Below are positions 59,528 through 64,000 of a stretch of DNA of 64,000 nucleotides, piece by piece. A program made the translations under genes and the position numbers. The notes under the pieces are model-generated. The model worked only from the letters and a program-made list of their open reading frames with translations. It ran no database searches and had not been told where the DNA came from. Source of the stretch: Amoebophrya sp. A120 (Eukaryota; Protista; Dinoflagellata); the NCBI GenBank assembly GCA_905178155.1, contig CAJINV010000005.1, forward strand, positions 306,999 to 370,998. The letters are read 5' to 3'. Within the stretch, counting starts at the first letter, position 1. Every line of letters starts with the position of its first letter.

Positions 59528-60392
59528 TGGTCGAAGAGGTTCTAGTTGTACTCTTGAAAATATTTCGGACTCTTAATTAATCGTAAGCAAAAAACCAAAC
59601 AGTTCGTTCTCGGAATCCTCAGAGACGAATCTGTAGACGAAGTTATGCCTTTCGTTAATACGCTACTACTTATCTGTATCCTGGCTAGCAAGCTAAATCT
59701 GGAGCAAATGAACCGTTTATTGGAGGTGTTGGTTGGATAAATGTACGATCGCTGAGGCCAGAAATCGCTCGGTAGTTCGCTATTGAGTTCTTTTCTGTCC
59801 CAGCTAGTGGCGTCAAAACGGCAAACATTATCGAACTGCTCGCCGAGCTTACTGTAGAAAAGAATTTGGTTCGTACGGTGCACAGGAAGGAAAAATGTTG
59901 ACCCAGATGAAATTGTCATGACAGCAAGGGTGCATGTGCAACAGGCGGCTGCGCTATGTTCTCCTTTGAGAATCGCTTTCCATAGTCCTTTAGCGGTGTT
60001 TGCTAAGATCACAGAGATTTGGTGAAAATCAAAACCCCGCTGTCAACAAGATCGGTACAACAACTACGGTTGCCTTGGGCTTCATCGGTTTTCTGCAGGC
60101 AAACAACGGAGCAAATTGTCGCTTTCGTGGGCTGAAAGTTCAAGCCGCATTCTGCGCACTATCGACTTCGACAGATGAATCTTTTGCCCCGACGAGATTT
60201 TCGCTGTTCATTTGAATCCGCTCCCCACCAGCCCAGTATTCATTCACTTTTTTTTTCAACTCCTCCTTCTCCTTGTTTGTCGTCGTTGCTTTACGTTCTT
60301 ACGTCATTGACATGCAGCATCGGTTTACGATGCGCACTACAACTTTTAGGCGAAGTGACAAAATCAACAGAGCGCCCCATTGACACCCCAAC

Positions 60393-62877
60393 ATGACTTC
60401 CGGCGACGTTGTTGTCCTTCCGCCTCTCGAGCCAGCCGAGGGCTGCGCGCCTGCAGTTACCGCGTCTCCACTGGCGGAGGTCGTGGACCATGACACGAAA
60501 TGCATCTCAAAACCAGCCAACGCTTCGAAAGACGTTTCCCTACGATTTACGAACCTCGCTGACAAAACGCTGTTTGTTTACAAACCAAATGCACCAGGCA
60601 CAACGTTTGCCAAGGCGATGGAGGCCTTTGAAAATTTCGTGCGGGAACAGGCGGAGAGTTATGAAGGGCACATTGACCGCGGTTACGTGGGCCGCTTTGT
60701 GAGCTACATGGGCTTTGGCGAGACTAAACCGTGGTCTTTGGCACCGGCCGAGTTTAACCCGTCACTGACGGATATTTGCTTTGTTGGGCAGGGGGATGCT
60801 TTTAACGACGCGGCACGCTTCTGCTTGCGGGATGTAACCGAAGTGGTGCTCGCTACGGCGCGAGCAACGGATGCGAGATTCTTTCAGGATATCTGGAACG
60901 AGGTGAGCGCCGAGGACCCGACGTCAGGCCGTCGAGATTTCCAACAGTGCGTCCCGGGCTTCCTCGCTCTCGTCTCCCACGTGCGGGTGACACAGGTGGA
61001 ACTCGATCTCCATTTTAAAGTATCTCCAGCAGATATTGTATGCTTAAAACGTCCCCACCTCATACTTGTAACGCAAATCTGCATGATGCTGAAAATCAAA
61101 ACGTTTCTCACGCGGAGCCGCATGAGCAGTATTTTAGTCGTATTTTGCAATTTGTGATGCTGCAATCAGTTGTGAGTGACAAGCTAGAGCTCGACCCAGC
61201 GTTATTTCTGTGATTGGCTAGTGCGGCCGCGTCGCAAAGCGAGATCAGTAAGTATGATGTTTTCCAGCTTCCACACAACACCACCTGAAAGGTAAATTCT
61301 TGAGCCTGGTCCTGCACTTGAGAAAGATCCTGCGCATGCAAATTTGCTTGACAGAAACATCAGATCCGGGGTGGGGACTACTTGCATCGTTTTTGCACGG
61401 GATAAAGCGGGCCACTGCCTCGCGTCCAAGAGGAAACGAAATTCATCACAGAACTCGGTCTTGACGAACTCTTTCTGAACCGACGCATCACGTCAAATTC
61501 CGAGCTCCAGCAAGTCCACTTCTCCCCGCGAGGGGAGACCGCGATCGCAACGCAGTACAGTGGCGCGGCGCTGAACCGCGTAGCCGAGATTTTCCGAAAG
61601 GATATGGGGTTGGATTTACGCGCGGAGGATAGCTGGAGTCTCGGGCAACGCAAGAATTCCAGTGCCGCACTGGGAAAACAGGAAATTGAACGCGTTGGGA
61701 ACGACCTAAACACCTACGATGCGGCGCAAGATGGGGAGCTGATTCTAGAATTAGAATGTAAAAAGACGGGGATCGGCGCGCTGCTTTCCCACGTAGGGAG
61801 AGCGGGTCGACGGTTTGCGCGCGACGATTTGCTCCTCTTTCTGCACTGCTGGACTGAGGTCGAGTGGGACAATTCGGTCGAACCAGGGGACGTAAATTTG
61901 CAGGCGAAGCTATCGTAAGGAAAAATCCCCCCTTCCCCTATCAAAAAGGCACACCTCAGAAAATTTGCCATTCTGATTTGTGGCTACAAATCGTATCTGT
62001 CTTGCAAGAAGGCAACCCCACAGGCCCCGCAGTATTGTGTAGGCGGTTTGTGATGCTATTGGGCCTAAAGCATAGACGTTCCTCATGCTAAGCACCTAGG
62101 CCAGCACCTCTCTACTCGGGTTTGATATGTGCCTGCAGGCCTGTGCAGCAAGAGGGGCCCGACTTGTGTAAGCAAATCCAGCACCAGAAATTTCGTTTCG
62201 ATATGGGGAGGGGTCATTTTTCATTGTAATAGAAGCCGCGGAGCTGAGACGGCGCCGTGCAGCTGCAGGTCCGGCAGAAATTTTTCCACGCGTTTTCCGC
62301 GAGCGTGCTTAGGGCAAAAATTCCGGAGGGACCGCTGCGGGAGGCGTTCGGTGCGTTTGACGTGTACTTTGTGCGCCAAGAAATGCAGAAGATAGAAGAT
62401 ACATACTGGATCGACCTGCTGACCGAGCGCAGATTTCAGAGCGAACGGGAGAAAGAGGCGGAGCACGAGAACGCTGGTTCGAAGCAACGACCCACGCGGA
62501 ACATCATGAAAGAGCGCCCCGAGACCGCCAGACAACTCCGGAACAGCCTCGTCGGGTTCGTGCTCGTAACGAACGCTGCGGCCGGGTCTTCTTCCGACGG
62601 CTCACCTGGCCGCGAACTCGATCCGGAACAAGGTGGGGAAATAACTTTGGAGCAGCTCCTGGAGGAAGTGAAAGGTAACGGTCCTAGCCAGGCTCCCGCT
62701 GCTAGAAGGGACGTGAATCAAGATCATGGTGAAGATGCTCATCAAGAAGAAGTTCTCAGCGCCGGCGAGGAACAAGGCGAGGTGGAGGACATGAGGGAGT
62801 ATGAAATCCAAATTCAAGTGGTGGCCAAGCCGTGGCCAGACTGGATGGACTTCGCCGCGATAGAACCCGAATTCTGA
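60393..62877 (+). CDS. Hypothetical protein (3 exons) with an in-frame TGA at 62245-62247; may end there
   Basis: Joins across introners 61021 and 61911 are in frame. The same frame continues about 210 codons past the TGA. Confidence 0.5.
61021..61404. mobile_element. TIR introner, family B (degenerate, with insertions in both TIRs)
   Basis: AAAACGTCCCCACC and GGGGTGGGGAC...CGTTTTTGCACGGGATA. Removal +5 nt gives HFK-GPLPRV. GT(61020)-AG(61407) would frameshift. Confidence 0.75.
61911..62231. mobile_element. TIR introner, family D (inverted relative to the 29735 copy)
   Basis: 321 nt vs 322 nt, with an internal sequence matching the reverse complement of the 29735 copy. Perfect TSD GAAGC. 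Confidence 0.92.
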
Positions 62878-63636
62878 TATATTCGAGAATGAAAAGTGAA
62901 GAGGTTTCGCTCTACTACTTGCACCTGAAGGATGAAAAATTAATATGAGAAGAAGTGTCGTGTTTGCGCAACTTGTTTCGATTTCGAAGCCGTAGAAAGC
63001 CAAATTAACGTCGCACTGCGGCACCCCGGCTGCTCTGGCCCTGCAGAACTTCGTGAAAACGTGGCTCTACTTCAGCAGCTAGGCACACTGCGCGCTGCTT
63101 TCTTACCTAGCTTATCCGTACCCTGTTCTAGTAAATATCCGTTGGTTTGGAGCATCAATTGTTGAGACCAGGGATCTGCTCTGCGTATGACTGTGTTCGC
63201 GTATGACTTTGATTTGCGTTAATCTCTTTCTCTCAGAAAGGTTCAGGCTCCTCAAGGGATCAGCGGTGGCTGCGGCCAATAAAAATGGAATATGATCATC
63301 GTACAAAAATCAAATCGTAAGGAACATCCGACCAAGCGCCTTGTGCTACCCTTTCTTTGGTAGTGGTACTTTTCCATTAAGTATCAACGTTTTCTAACGT
63401 TTGGACCTCGCCTATACATTTCTCAACGGGAGGAAGAAATGAACACTTCAATTTTAATAGCGACGTTGTGTGGCGATATTATTGCTCTGATTTTCCGTAC
63501 TTGATTTGGTTCTTTGTTGGCTTGGATTGGCAGAGACAGAATAAATCTGCCTCAATTATGGAGATGTCGCTACCTTTACCACGGCGTGTGCGGCCCTTTA
63601 GGTGATAGGGCTGTGTATCCAAATGAACCGTGGATC

Positions 63637-63715
63637 TGCGACTGCGACTGTGCTCCCAACTGCGACTGCTGCTCCCAACTGCGACTGTGGTTCCAGCCTG
63701 CGACTGCGACTGCGA
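63637..63715. repeat. Minisatellite (CTGCGA)n / TGCTCCCAACTGCGACTG
   Basis: Tandem imperfect copies visible directly. Confidence 0.7.
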
Positions 63716-64000
63716 AGGTTCAGCTGCAGCTAAGCACCATCCAAGACCGAAAATGCCGCTTTTTTTTACAAATAGCATGAGAACAAATCCACTATACAGA
63801 ACTAATATTAATATTATACACTTAATATCTCAACAAGTAAATAAATACGGATGCCCCTCGGCGCATCATTTTCGAGTAAGTGACGGAAAGGACTAGACTT
63901 ATATGGAAAGGGCTAGCAGATCCCTGGTAAGCTAATGCAAGGCGGCACGACTGGACCCGCATTCGAGGCGGGGGTCGTGCCATGGAAAATTTCTTTCGAT

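Noticed and set aside
59542-60012. Minus-strand 156-aa ORF as a gene
   Set aside because: Non-ATG start, no motif, AT-richer codon usage than supported genes, and opposite to all other genes.
632-62877. Reassigned stop codons (alternative genetic code)
   Set aside because: Genes end in TAA, TAG and TGA, and the spliced models have no internal stops except the single TGA at 62245.
1-64000. Dinoflagellate spliced-leader relics, tRNA or rRNA genes
   Set aside because: No match to CCGTAGCCATTTTGGCTCAAG and no recognisable structural RNA seen by eye.

Overview
Eukaryotic, gene-dense window, most likely from an alveolate protist. The features fit a syndinian dinoflagellate such as Amoebophrya, but that assignment is inference. 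I can assemble 14 protein-coding genes, all on the + strand: two paralogous Cys-rich type I membrane proteins, a kinesin with an FHA-like region, an FtsJ-like protein, an EF-hand protein, CTF8, an ACSBG-type acyl-CoA synthetase with an N-terminal PTS2, a SHOCT protein, a divergent F-actin capping protein beta, a FAM183/CFAP144-like protein and several unknowns. The dominant signal is about 31 short (mostly 170-420 nt) insertions inside coding exons. They are bounded by terminal inverted repeats starting TAT and ending ATA, and flanked by 5-bp target-site duplications (18 perfect). They fall into at least six TIR families that share an internal TGTNATGC/GCATNACA motif and occur in both orientations. 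Removing an element plus one 5-bp duplication restores the reading frame in every case examined, almost always without GT-AG ends. They therefore look like MITE-derived non-canonical introns (introners), living alongside ordinary GT-AG introns. There is also a direct-repeat-bounded module with short repeat arrays (45.8-47.0 kb), a composite satellite spanning an assembly gap (48.8-51.0 kb) and an in-frame TGA in the last gene. All splice models are deduced by eye from frame restoration; there are no RNA data.
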